Notes: generated by a model from the sequence alone, not told the origin. 62,793 nt of DNA from Acidimicrobiia bacterium (GCA_041635475.1 JBFKVA010000001.1:1-62793), one strand, 5' to 3'; positions 18,972 to 29,091 are shown, counted from the stretch's first letter. Numbers and translations: made by a program.

Positions 18972-18999
18972 GTGGTGCATAACGTCGGTTATGCACCAC
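18972..18999. other. dif-like recombination site: perfectly symmetric 11-6-11 palindrome
   Basis: GTGGTGCATAA-CGTCGG-TTATGCACCAC; ATAA-N6-TTAT core as in dif; intergenic, AT-rich for this genome, no U-tract, at the gene-strand switch. Confidence 0.7.
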
Positions 19000-19246
19000 A
19001 GAGAGGAACGATGCCTTCCTGACGCCACTGGCAGCGTGGACCGGTGTCTTCGACCTCGTCCCCACCCGGGGCGCCCCGCGGTACGCCATCTCGGTTCAGC
19101 GGCGGGCCCCGACGACCGCTTCACGCGCGCACACGTCGGGGGTCCGTTCCTGCCGGGTAGCCGCCGAGGCGGTGATCGGGCGACACGCCCCCGCCGGCGC
19201 CGGTGTCGGGATCCACGGCTGATACGTCACTGTGATCCAATCGGCC

Positions 19247-19591
19247 TCAGCCGCGGGCGGCCGGCTCGGGGAACGCATCGAGCGCGGCCCGAAGGGACCC
19301 GGCGAGGCCGGCGAGGATGGCGCGAAGGTCCTCCACCGTGGCACCCGCCTCCAGGTCGGCCACGATGTCCTCCACCAGGGTCTCGAGGACGTAGCGATGG
19401 TCGCTCCAGGCTTCGTACTGGTCCCTTGTGAGCAGGACGTCGCCCGGCTGGAGCCCACGCAGGGCAGCCTCCCGTCGGGCCTCGTAGTGGCGCTGTCGGT
19501 GCGAGGGCCGGCAGTACTTGGGCGGGCGGCCGGGTCGTCGGTCCACGGCGAATCGCTGCCCACACCACTCGCAACGGCGGAGTTGTTCCAT
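19247..19591 (-). CDS. Hypothetical protein with N-terminal Zn-finger-like motif
   Basis: MEQLRRCEWCG...GRPPKYCRPSHRQRHYE followed by a helical C-terminus; TATCAT 7 nt upstream of ATG. Confidence 0.75.
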   Translation of the reverse strand: MEQLRRCEWCGQRFAVDRRPGRPPKYCRPSHRQRHYEARREAALRGLQPGDVLLTRDQYEAWSDHRYVLETLVEDIVADLEAGATVEDLRAILAGLAGSLRAALDAFPEPAARG

Positions 19592-19640
19592 CACAGTGAT
19601 GATAGCGACGAAAGGCCCAAACCCAGAGCGTTTCGCCGGC

Positions 19641-21233
19641 TCACGCCGGAGACGGCGGGTCCACTCCCAAGAGGATCGCGGCATCGTCGGCCAGGCCCTG
19701 GCCGGCCTCCTCGTAGAGGTTCCGGGCCACGTCGACCCCGGCCGCCTGGAGCTCGGAAACCTGGTCGGGGTATCGAGCGGTGGCGGCGACCTTGATCCCC
19801 GGAAGGAAATCCCTCACGCGCCGGGCGGCCTCGAGGTTGGCGTCGTGGTCGTTCATGGCGAGGACGGCCAGCTCCAGTCCGGGGTGAAGCCGGAGCCGTT
19901 CCCAGAAGTCGCGGTCGAGGGCGTCACCTCTGAGCACCGTTCGCCCAGCCGCCGAGTTGGCGGCGACCGTGGCGTCCCGCCGATCGACGCCCAGCACCAC
20001 CGGCCCGTAGATCCGGACGAGTTCGTCGTACGCACCCAACCCGACGCGCCCCATCCCGAAGACGACGACCCGGGCCGTCGTCGGTTCCACGAGGGCGTCC
20101 TCTGCCAGGATTGGATCGCGTTCCAGGCGCGTGAGCCAGTGGGCCGACCGCCCGTACATGTCGTAGCGGGCCCTGTTGACGGGGGCCGCCAGCGCGAACG
20201 AGACGGCCAGGGCGACGGCCATCGCTGACAACCACTGGGGGTCAAGGACCCCTTGCGCCACGCCGGCACCAGCAACGATGAGGCCGAACTCGCTGTACGT
20301 GCCCAGCGTGAGCGCCGTGTGGAGCGAGGTGCGGGCCCTGAGTCGGAACCGGCTGAGGAGGACGAGAAACCCGCCGGACTTGCCGGCCAGCATGACGATG
20401 GCAATGGCCGCCACGATGAGCGCCGGGGCCCCCGGGGTCCCGCCCAGGCCGATGGAGAGGAAGAAGCCGATGAGGAGGACGTCCTTGAACCCGAGGAGCC
20501 GGTCGGCGAGCTCGTGGGCCCGCGGGTGCGACGCGAGGGACATTCCCACGATGAGCACCCCGAGGTCCGGCTTGATCCCCACGAGCTCGAAGGCCTCGCC
20601 GCCGATCCCGACCGCAACCACGAGGCCGAACAGGACCATGAGCTCGCCGTGGCCGCTATGGCGCAGCAGCCATCCGAAGAGCGGACGGGCAACGACGATC
20701 CCGGCGATGAGGAGCACCGACCAAGGCGACGGCGCCTTCCCCAACGACAGCGCCAGGAAGGCGACGGCGAACAGGTCCTGCATGATGAGGATCCCGATCG
20801 CCAGGCCGCCCGAGAGCGAAGCCGTCTCGTTGCGCTCCTCGAGGGCCTTGATCGCGAACACGGTGCTCGAGAACGAGAACCCGAACCCGATGAGGAGCGC
20901 CGTCGGGAGCGAGAGTCCCGACGCCAACGAGAGGCCGAGCGCACCCAGGGCGAGGACGGACCCTGCGATCGTGGCAGTTGCCACCGCCATGTGGGTGGCG
21001 GCCACCACCCACACCTCCTTGCGGACGAGGTCGCCGATCCGCAGCTTCAGGCCGATCCCGAACAAGAGCAGGAGAACGCCCAGGTCGGCCACGAACTCGA
21101 TCCCCGCCCCGGACTCGACACCGGCCGCGTGGAGGGCGAACCCCGCCGCCAGGTAGCCGACGAGCGGTGGAAGCCCGATGCGAACCGCGGCGAACCCGAA
21201 CACGAACGCGGCCAGAATGACGGCAAGGTCCAC
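19641..21233 (-). CDS. Cation:proton antiporter (CPA2/Kef-like) with C-terminal TrkA-N (RCK) domain
   Basis: GLPPLVGYL, LLLFGIGL, FSSTV, GILIMQD, SEFG, about 12 TMs; VFGMGRVG Rossmann motif. Confidence 0.92.
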   Translation of the reverse strand: MDLAVILAAFVFGFAAVRIGLPPLVGYLAAGFALHAAGVESGAGIEFVADLGVLLLLFGIGLKLRIGDLVRKEVWVVAATHMAVATATIAGSVLALGALGLSLASGLSLPTALLIGFGFSFSSTVFAIKALEERNETASLSGGLAIGILIMQDLFAVAFLALSLGKAPSPWSVLLIAGIVVARPLFGWLLRHSGHGELMVLFGLVVAVGIGGEAFELVGIKPDLGVLIVGMSLASHPRAHELADRLLGFKDVLLIGFFLSIGLGGTPGAPALIVAAIAIVMLAGKSGGFLVLLSRFRLRARTSLHTALTLGTYSEFGLIVAGAGVAQGVLDPQWLSAMAVALAVSFALAAPVNRARYDMYGRSAHWLTRLERDPILAEDALVEPTTARVVVFGMGRVGLGAYDELVRIYGPVVLGVDRRDATVAANSAAGRTVLRGDALDRDFWERLRLHPGLELAVLAMNDHDANLEAARRVRDFLPGIKVAATARYPDQVSELQAAGVDVARNLYEEAGQGLADDAAILLGVDPPSPA

Positions 21234-21312
21234 GGCCTACCCCTGGCGGAGGGGGGTGGGCGGTTCGGTGCTCCCAGGAGTCATGCCCCCAAGCTACGCG
21301 GTGGGCACCGGG

Positions 21313-21969
21313 TCAGAGGCCCGGCAGACGAGCCTGGCCGTTCCGACCCCTCCCCCACGGCAAGCCCTCCACCCACGACCATGATGTCCGGTGCACCACC
21401 GAGGGCCCCCACTGATGGAGGCCGGCCTGGTGGGCCGGTGAGGGGTAGCCCTTGTTGGAGGCGAAGTCGTACCACGGGAACCGCTCCCCCATCTCTGCCA
21501 TGTGGGCATCCCGATGGTCCTTGGCGATCACACTGGCCGCGGCGATCGCCAAGGATCGCCGGTCGCCCTTCACGAGCGTCCGCCCGCCGCCGACGAAGTC
21601 CCAGTGGCCATCGACGAGCACGACGTCCGGTCGGTCACCGAGTTCGGCGAGGGCCCGCCGCGCCGCCAGGCGGTGGGCGGCGGACATACCGAGGGCATCG
21701 CATTCGGCGGCCGACGCCTCCCCGATCGCCCAGCGCAGTGCCCAGGACTTGATACGAGGGGCCAGGTCCCTCCGGCGGATGGCGGACAGTTGTTTCGAAT
21801 CGCGCACTCCCCTGAGGCGGATCCCCGGTGGCGGAACAACCACCGCCACTGTGAGTGGCCCTGCCCACGCCCCGCGGCCGACCTCATCGACGCCGGCCAC
21901 CGTGCGCCCGGCCGACCATGCCCGGGACTCCTCGGTGAGCGGAGGAGCTGGTGTGCGGAGGCGGGCCAT
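21313..21969 (-). CDS. rnhB: Ribonuclease HII
   Basis: VAGVDEVGRGAWAGP, VRDSKQL, VLVDG, VKGD, IAAASVIAK, NKGYPS, HRTSW. Confidence 0.95.
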   Translation of the reverse strand: MARLRTPAPPLTEESRAWSAGRTVAGVDEVGRGAWAGPLTVAVVVPPPGIRLRGVRDSKQLSAIRRRDLAPRIKSWALRWAIGEASAAECDALGMSAAHRLAARRALAELGDRPDVVLVDGHWDFVGGGRTLVKGDRRSLAIAAASVIAKDHRDAHMAEMGERFPWYDFASNKGYPSPAHQAGLHQWGPSVVHRTSWSWVEGLPWGRGRNGQARLPGL

Positions 21970-22494
21970 CTAGTTGAGTCCGGGGTCGTGGGGCATTGTA
22001 CGAAGCACCCGCATGCTGTCGGGGAGTCGGTTCACGACCCGCTCCCACAGGCCGCGTGGATCGGGATCGAGCACGTCATCAACCTCGGGTCGAACGATGA
22101 GCCAGGCGCTCTCGCCCATTTCGTCCTCGAGTTGACCGGCACCCCACCCCGAGTACCCGGCGAAGACGCGCAGGGCGGCGACGCCCTCCGGCTCGGTGGC
22201 AAGATCCACGAGCCCCACCTCGCCGTGTCCCGAGGTCATCCGGGCCAGGCCGATCGCCGACTCGACCGCCACCGGTCCGCCGAGGAAGACGACCGGCGGT
22301 TCCACGATGAACCGGTCCCACTCGGGCAGGATGCCCCGGGCATCCATGTCGGTCGGGTTGTTGATGACGAGGCCCATCGCACCGTCCGCGTTGTGCTCGA
22401 TGATGAAGACGACCGTGCGTCGGAAGTTCGGGTCCCACAGGTGGGGCGCCGAGATGAGGAGGGAACCCTCGAGCGAGCGCGGAACACCAGCCAT
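21970..22494 (-). CDS. YqgE/AlgH (UPF0301) family protein
   Basis: LWDPNFRRTVV, GAMGLVIN, FLGGPV, FAGYSGWGAGQLEDE, C-terminal DPGLN. Confidence 0.93.
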   Translation of the reverse strand: MAGVPRSLEGSLLISAPHLWDPNFRRTVVFIIEHNADGAMGLVINNPTDMDARGILPEWDRFIVEPPVVFLGGPVAVESAIGLARMTSGHGEVGLVDLATEPEGVAALRVFAGYSGWGAGQLEDEMGESAWLIVRPEVDDVLDPDPRGLWERVVNRLPDSMRVLRTMPHDPGLN

Positions 22495-22565
22495 GGTCGG
22501 ATGCTACGTCGGGTTCCTTCTGTTGACGGGTATCGTGGGCCGCTCCGCCAGCCTTGGAGTGAGCA

Positions 22566-23578
22566 TTGCTCCGAATCGGTCTCATGGGCCTCGGTCGCAT
22601 CGGCCGCAACCTGTTCCGCCAACTCCTCGACCATCCGTCCCTGGAGATCGTCGCGATCTGCGACATCGCCGACCCCGGGGCCCTGACCTACCTCCTCAAG
22701 TACGACTCCATCTACGGGCGCCTCGATCGTCCGGCGGCGTTCGAGTCGGGGGCGCTCCTGGTGGACGGCCGTTCGATACCCTGGCTGGCAGGACGCGAAC
22801 CCGGCGACGTGGATTGGGCCTCGGTGGGCGTCGACGTCGTCGTCCAGGCTGTCGGCCGGTACCGAACACGAGCGGACGTCGAGCGCCACCTCGGCCGCGG
22901 TGCCACCCGGGTGCTCCTGGCCTCCACCCCCGAGGTACCCGGGGATCTCCCCATTCTCATCCCGGGTATCAACGACGAGGTCCTCACGCCGGCGGCCAAG
23001 GTCATGGCGATGGGTTCGAACACCGCCCATGCGGTGGGTCCCGTCCTGCGCATCCTCAACTCGACCTTCGGCATCCGACGGGCCTACTTCACCACCGTGC
23101 ATGCGTTCAGCGCCTCCCAGCGCCTGGCGGACGTCCCCACCGAGGGGTTCCGGACGAGTCGGGCGGCCGGTGAGAACATCATTCCCTCCCCCACCAACTC
23201 ACCCGAGATCCTCGCCCAGGTACTGCCCGAACTTGCCGGGAAGCTGCAAGCGATGGCCCTCAACGTCCCGGTCCCCGACGGCTCCACCGTGGATCTCGTC
23301 GCCCACCTGGAGAGCCAGACGTCGGTGGTCGAACTCAACGCCTCCATCAAGAGCGCCTCGGTGGCCCGGTTCGAGGGCATCCTCGAGTACACGGAGGATC
23401 CCATCGTCTCGTCCGACGTCATCGGCTCACCGGCGTCGGGCGTCTTCGACTCCAAGGCCACGATGGTCATGGGCGGTGACCTGGCCAAGGTCATCATCTG
23501 GTTCGACAACGGCTGGGGGTACACGGCCCGCATGGTCGAGGCCCTCGAGCGGTTCAACGCCATGAAGGAGGCCGGAGC

Positions 23579-23582
<4 letters not shown>
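22566..23582 (+). CDS. GAPDH-like protein lacking the catalytic cysteine (putative pseudoenzyme)
   Basis: GLGRIG, LLKYDS, TTVHA, ENIIP, VPVPDGS, WFDNGWGY; MGSNTAHA in place of NASCTTNC; GGAG RBS with TTG start. Confidence 0.88.
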
Positions 23583-24591
<1,009 letters not shown>

Positions 24592-24595
<4 letters not shown>

Positions 24596-25356
24596 CGCGT
24601 GGCGACGAAGAACAGCCGCCGGAAGGCCAGCACGCACGTCCCGTCCCCCCGCTGGGGGTAGGCGTCGCCCACGCGGGCCCGGTAGGCCTCGTAGAACGCT
24701 GCGGCCTCCTCCTCGTCGAGCGCCGAGAGAAACGGCCTGAGTGCCGTGCCCCTGGTCCACTCGGCCACGGCATCGGGTCCGTGGAGCGGCAGGTGGTAGT
24801 CGACCTCCCACAGGTCTAAGGTGCGGACGAGCCCCGACAACACGTCCCAGTACGCGGTGGGATCGTCGACCGGCCACTCCCGGGGAGCCAGGACCGGCTC
24901 GAGGCGAGCCCGCCATGGGCCGGAGCGGACCGTGTCGGCGATGAGCCGATGACTGGGGCGGTCGTGGTTCCGCGGCATCTGCACCGCCAGGACCCCTCCG
25001 GGCGCCAGCGCATCGATCAGCCGGGGGAAGAGCCGGGCGTGGTCGTCGACCCAGTGAAGAGCGGCGTTCGAGTACAGCAGGTCGGTCCCGGGTGGCGGGG
25101 CCCACGTTGCTGCGTCGGCGACCACGAGGTCGTCGGCACCGACTGCCCGGGCCAGCATCTCGGGGGAGGAGTCCACCCCGATGAGTCGAGCAGCCGGGAA
25201 GCGAGCCCGAAGGGCCTCGAACATGGCACCCGTCCCACACCCAAGGTCGACGACGGTCGATGCGGACCGCAAGGGGACGCGCGCGAGGAGTTCAAGGGCC
25301 GGTCGCAGGCGCGGCGCAGCGAACCTCTCGTACTGTGCGACGTCCCACGGGTGCAC
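24592..25356 (-). CDS. tam: Trans-aconitate 2-methyltransferase-like SAM methyltransferase
   Basis: WDVAQYERF...RLRPALELL, VDLGCGTG, SNAALHW, LAVQMP, GTALRP, FRRLF. Confidence 0.88.
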
Positions 25357-25998
25357 CTAGGTCTCTCCTCCACCGAGGGCGCGCACGAGTGAGTCGAGTT
25401 CCGCTCGAACCTCGCGCAGTGCAGCCTCCAGGGCGGCGACCCTCGCCACCAACGACGAGTCGGCCAGCGGCGGGCTGGAGTGTGCCTTCGCCCCGTCACC
25501 AAGGACGACCTGGTCGGAGAGGAGCGTGTGCCAGCGTGACTCCTTCTGGCCCGGCTGACGTTCGAGCTGACGAACGAGCGCAGGCTCCCTCGTTGCCAGG
25601 CGCACCAGGGTCGCCTCCACCTCGTCGAGTGAGGGGAACTCGACGTAGCGGTCGGTCCTGCTCCGGAGCTCCCCCGGGGTCTGCGGGCCGCGGAGCAGGA
25701 GGATCGCCAGGACCGCGCATGACCCCGGGTCGAGGCCCCACGCCCGATCCAGGTCGTGCTGGTGTTTCATGACCCTGTCCCCGGGTCGCTTGACCGAACG
25801 CACCACACCGCGTTCGCGGAGCGCGTGAACGGCGTCGAGGACGGCCGCCTCCTCGAAGGCCGTGACCGGGTCACGGTTCTGGCTCTGGTTGCAGGCGGTG
25901 ACGAGCGCCTGGGAACTCAACGGGTAGTACTCCGGTGTCGTGGCTGCCTTCTCGAGGAGCGCTCCCAGGACCCGGGCCTCGACGACGGTGAGCTGCAT
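25357..25998 (-). CDS. YceH/DUF480 family protein
   Basis: EARVLGALLEK, TTPEYYPLS, ACNQSQNRDP, LLLRGPQTPGELRSR, PGQKESRW; TATGGT 7 nt upstream of ATG 25998. Confidence 0.93.
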   Translation of the reverse strand: MQLTVVEARVLGALLEKAATTPEYYPLSSQALVTACNQSQNRDPVTAFEEAAVLDAVHALRERGVVRSVKRPGDRVMKHQHDLDRAWGLDPGSCAVLAILLLRGPQTPGELRSRTDRYVEFPSLDEVEATLVRLATREPALVRQLERQPGQKESRWHTLLSDQVVLGDGAKAHSSPPLADSSLVARVAALEAALREVRAELDSLVRALGGGET

Positions 25999-26019
25999 GG
26001 GTGAGACCATACTGCGCCC

Positions 26020-27177
26020 ATGGATCACCGCCCCCACCCGGCCCTCTTCGTCCCACTCCTCGTGTGGGCGATGGTGGCCGGGACGGTGTTCTACCCGGCG
26101 TTCGCCGTCCAGGCCTCGGCCGTCATTGCGGACCTGGCGCTGACGCCGACGACGTTCGGCCTGTTCCTCTTCGTGTTCTCGGCGACGTCCGCCGCCTTCT
26201 CCCCCCGCGGAGGACGGCTCACCGATCGCCTCGGCGGGAGGCGGGCCATCGCCCTGACCTTCGCCCTCACCGCCGCCGACTTCCTCGGCCTGGCACTCAG
26301 TCCAAGCCTGGTCGCGCTGTCCATGGCCTCTGTACTCGTCGCCCTCGGGCAGACCATGATGAACCCCTCCACCAACAAGCTCATCGCCGACCTGACCGAA
26401 CCGGGATCCCGAGGCGTGATCACCGGCGTCAAGCAGTCCGGGGTGTACGTCGGGTATGTCATCGTCGGGGTGCTGTCGCCACCGATGGCGGCCCTGTGGG
26501 GGTGGCGGTCGTTCCTGGTCCTGCTGGCCCTCCTCGTCGGGTTGGGCGCCGTCGCCGCACTGTGGATCCTGCCCTTCGAGCGTCCTGGCCCGCCGATCCG
26601 GCGGCGAGAGCGGCCGAGGCTCGAGCCATGGGTGAACGCGCTGGCCGTGTACGGGTTCGTGATGGGCATGGGCAGCTCATCCTCGGCGTTCCTGCCCCTC
26701 TACGCCGAGTCTTCGCTTGGGTTCTCCAACAGCAGGGCGGGCCTGCTGGCGTCGGTACTGGGGCTCCTGGCGATCGTCACCCGGATCGCGGGGGCGCGAC
26801 TTGCCGAACGGACCGGTCGCTACAAGGTCGTCCTGGCGATCATGGGGGCGACCGGCGTGGTGTTCGGCCTCACGGCCCTGGCCTCGGCCACCCGGCCCGG
26901 CCTCATCTGGCCGGCTGCGGTGGCGTTCTCGCTGGGGTTCTCGGCTTGGAACGCGGTCGGCATGCTGGCCGTGATCGACATTGCCGGGGCCCGCACGGCC
27001 GGGGCAGCAACCGGCCGCGTGCTCATGGGGTTCCTCGGCGGCCTGGCGTTGGGGCCGGTGTTGTACGGGCGGCTCATCGATGCCACGACATTCCCGATGA
27101 TCTGGCCGGCGACCGCCGCGTTCGCGGCCGTCGCCATCGTCGCCATCGGGCGGTGGCACCCACCCTCGCGGTCATGA
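26020..27177 (+). CDS. MFS transporter
   Basis: About 12 TMs, motif A GRLTDRLGGRR, GVKQSG, WGWRS. Confidence 0.88.
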   Translation: MDHRPHPALFVPLLVWAMVAGTVFYPAFAVQASAVIADLALTPTTFGLFLFVFSATSAAFSPRGGRLTDRLGGRRAIALTFALTAADFLGLALSPSLVALSMASVLVALGQTMMNPSTNKLIADLTEPGSRGVITGVKQSGVYVGYVIVGVLSPPMAALWGWRSFLVLLALLVGLGAVAALWILPFERPGPPIRRRERPRLEPWVNALAVYGFVMGMGSSSSAFLPLYAESSLGFSNSRAGLLASVLGLLAIVTRIAGARLAERTGRYKVVLAIMGATGVVFGLTALASATRPGLIWPAAVAFSLGFSAWNAVGMLAVIDIAGARTAGAATGRVLMGFLGGLALGPVLYGRLIDATTFPMIWPATAAFAAVAIVAIGRWHPPSRS

Positions 27178-27181
27178 TCCG

Positions 27182-27979
27182 TCAGCTGTCGAGCCACTCG
27201 AGGACGTCCGACAGGACATCCTCCCAGGACGGCTCGTTGTGGGTCTCGTGGCGGAGACCCGCCCACAGCTTTCGCCGCACGCCGGGGACGGCGGCCAGCG
27301 GTGCCGAGAGTGCGGCGGGCACGAGCGTGTCGTCCGATCCGTGCAACACGTAGGCGGGAACCGACAGCTCGGCGAGATGGGACTGCACCCACGTCATCTG
27401 GGCGAACACGGCGGCGCCGAGGGCCGTGGTGGCCTTCGTGTGGACGAGCGGGTCCGCGAAGTAGGCCGCACCGACCGCCGGATCGGACGAGAGCTGCTCA
27501 CCGGCGATGGGGTTGGGGATCGATAGCTTGGGGAACACCTTGGCCAGGAAGGGGGCGGAAGCCCGCTGCCACGCCGGGACGGAGGCGTCGATGGCGGGGG
27601 CCGACAGCACGAGCCGGTCGGGCTTGTCGGCTGCGGAGAGCGCCAGCGAGAGGGCGATGAGCCCTCCCAGCGAGTGGCCGTACAGGATGCGAGGAGCGTC
27701 GTGAGGGAGTTGGGCGAACTCGTCGGCGACCGCCTCCAGGAGGGTGTCGAACGATTCGACGAACGCCCGAGGCCCGCCGGAGGCGCCGAACCCGGGGAGG
27801 TCGAACGCGACCACCGGGTACCCGCGGGAGGCAAACCAGTCGCCCACGTGTTCGTAGCGCCCGCTGTGCTCGCCCAGTCCGTGGACGAGCAGGATCCTGC
27901 CCCCGATCCGACCGACCGCCGGCCACTGCCGTCGGACCCTCAGGTCGGAACCGCTGCCGGTCTGGGTTGTCTCACTCAT
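27182..27979 (-). CDS. Lysophospholipase/monoacylglycerol lipase-like alpha/beta hydrolase
   Basis: VHGLGEHSGRY, DLPGFG, GHSLGG, HGSDD, RHETHNEP; GGAG RBS. Confidence 0.92.
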   Translation of the reverse strand: MSETTQTGSGSDLRVRRQWPAVGRIGGRILLVHGLGEHSGRYEHVGDWFASRGYPVVAFDLPGFGASGGPRAFVESFDTLLEAVADEFAQLPHDAPRILYGHSLGGLIALSLALSAADKPDRLVLSAPAIDASVPAWQRASAPFLAKVFPKLSIPNPIAGEQLSSDPAVGAAYFADPLVHTKATTALGAAVFAQMTWVQSHLAELSVPAYVLHGSDDTLVPAALSAPLAAVPGVRRKLWAGLRHETHNEPSWEDVLSDVLEWLDS

Positions 27980-28404
27980 GCGATCTCCTCGAGGTCGTCC
28001 GGGTGCTCGGCCTCCGGGGGTCCCGGGACCCTCGTCGGGAGCAGCTCGATCGGGTCGAGCTGGTCGGGTGCCTCGAGCCCGTACTTCACGACGAGGTGCA
28101 GGTAGTCCCGCTGGTAGAGCACCTTGCATGCTACGTGAGGGTGGAGATGCCTGAGCAGGCGGACCTTGCGGTTCTTGCGGGTCACGAGCTTCTGGCTCAT
28201 GGTTGTGACCTCGACGTAGAGGTCGTCGTCGGGAAGGTAGAAGTCGGGCGTGAACATGGACACGGGTTGACCGTCCTCGTCCCACTCGAGCACGAACGAG
28301 CGTGGCTCATACTCCCAAGGGACGTCATAGAAATCGAGCAGCAGGGCGAACTGGCGCTCGCTGTTGTGGGCGAAATCGGCTTCCCGGGCAGGTCGAGCGA
28401 TCAG
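27976..28404 (-). CDS. Hypothetical protein with PD-(D/E)xK-like motif; probable CTG start
   Basis: The frame is open from CTG 28404 through FAHNSERQFALLLDFYDVPWEYEPRSF to FTPDFYLPDDDLYVEVTT; the ORF track shows only the part from GTG 28293. Confidence 0.75.
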   Translation of the reverse strand: MIARPAREADFAHNSERQFALLLDFYDVPWEYEPRSFVLEWDEDGQPVSMFTPDFYLPDDDLYVEVTTMSQKLVTRKNRKVRLLRHLHPHVACKVLYQRDYLHLVVKYGLEAPDQLDPIELLPTRVPGPPEAEHPDDLEEIA

Positions 28405-28874
28405 TGTGCCTCAGCCCTTCGCTCCGGGAGCGTCACGACCTCGCCGGCCACTGACGGGAACAACTCGGCCACCTCGGCCTCGAGCTCCTGGCGAAGGGGG
28501 CCGACGGCGATCCCGAAGACACCCTGGCCACGTTGAAGGACGTCGTACACCTCGGTCGCGCTCTTGGCGGCGAAGATCCCGGCGCCGTCCACCAACACCG
28601 TGATGTCCGACAGGGGTGTGTCGCTGCCGAGCTGCGTGGAGAGGGCCTCCATCGCCGCTCGCACCTTGGGAAGGCTCATGCCCGCATCCCGCAGTCGTTT
28701 GATGACCTTGAGCTGCACCACGTCCGTGAATGAGTACAACCTCTGGGATCCCGATCCCGCCGCCTCCTGGATCGACGGCGTGATGAGCCCGGTCCGTGCC
28801 CAATAGTCGAGCTGCCGGTAGGTGATCCCCACGAGATTGCACACGCTGGGGGCCCGGAATCCTTGTGTAGCCAT
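28401..28874 (-). CDS. MerR-family regulator (Rv1830/McdR-like)
   Basis: GITYRQLDYWARTGLITPS, GSGSQRLYSFTD, GQGVFGIA; AGGAG RBS. Confidence 0.93.
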   Translation of the reverse strand: MATQGFRAPSVCNLVGITYRQLDYWARTGLITPSIQEAAGSGSQRLYSFTDVVQLKVIKRLRDAGMSLPKVRAAMEALSTQLGSDTPLSDITVLVDGAGIFAAKSATEVYDVLQRGQGVFGIAVGPLRQELEAEVAELFPSVAGEVVTLPERRAEAH

Positions 28875-28899
28875 CCGATGCGTCCTTCTCCTGGGCGTA

Positions 28900-28917
28900 G
28901 GTTACACGTCCGTAATT
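28900..28917. promoter_or_regulatory. Candidate autoregulatory operator of the Rv1830-like regulator
   Basis: Minus strand AATTACG-GACG-TGTAACC, an imperfect palindrome resembling the AATnACA-n4-TGTnATT box as I recall it for mycobacterial McdR. Confidence 0.5.
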
Positions 28918-28930
28918 ACCCAGAGGTGAC

Positions 28931-28959
28931 AACGTACGGAAGCCGGCGAGCCGAGTCAA
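28931..28959 (-). promoter_or_regulatory. Housekeeping sigma-type promoter of the MerR gene
   Basis: TTGACT (28959-28954), 17-nt spacer, TACGTT (28936-28931). Confidence 0.65.
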
Positions 28960-29091
28960 GAGCGACCTGCCGCCGCGTGGATGATCCGGGCCGACACACT
29001 CGCCACGGCCCGCTGTCGAATGGCCGCGCCGACGCCAGCCTCGGGCGAGGACTTGGGCGAACGCCCGCGGCGGCCACCCGAACCCTTCGGC

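Noticed and set aside
18971-19000. The palindrome read as an intrinsic terminator
   Set aside because: No U-tract on either strand, about 250 nt from the nearest 3' end, an AT-rich stem in a GC-rich genome, and exact 11-6-11 dif geometry. A transcription-factor operator cannot be fully excluded.
19007-19222. Open frame next to the dif-like site (NDAFLTPLAAWTGVFDL...), a possible relic of a dif-integrating element
   Set aside because: No canonical start near its 5' end, no recognisable domain and no second att-like copy of the site in the window.
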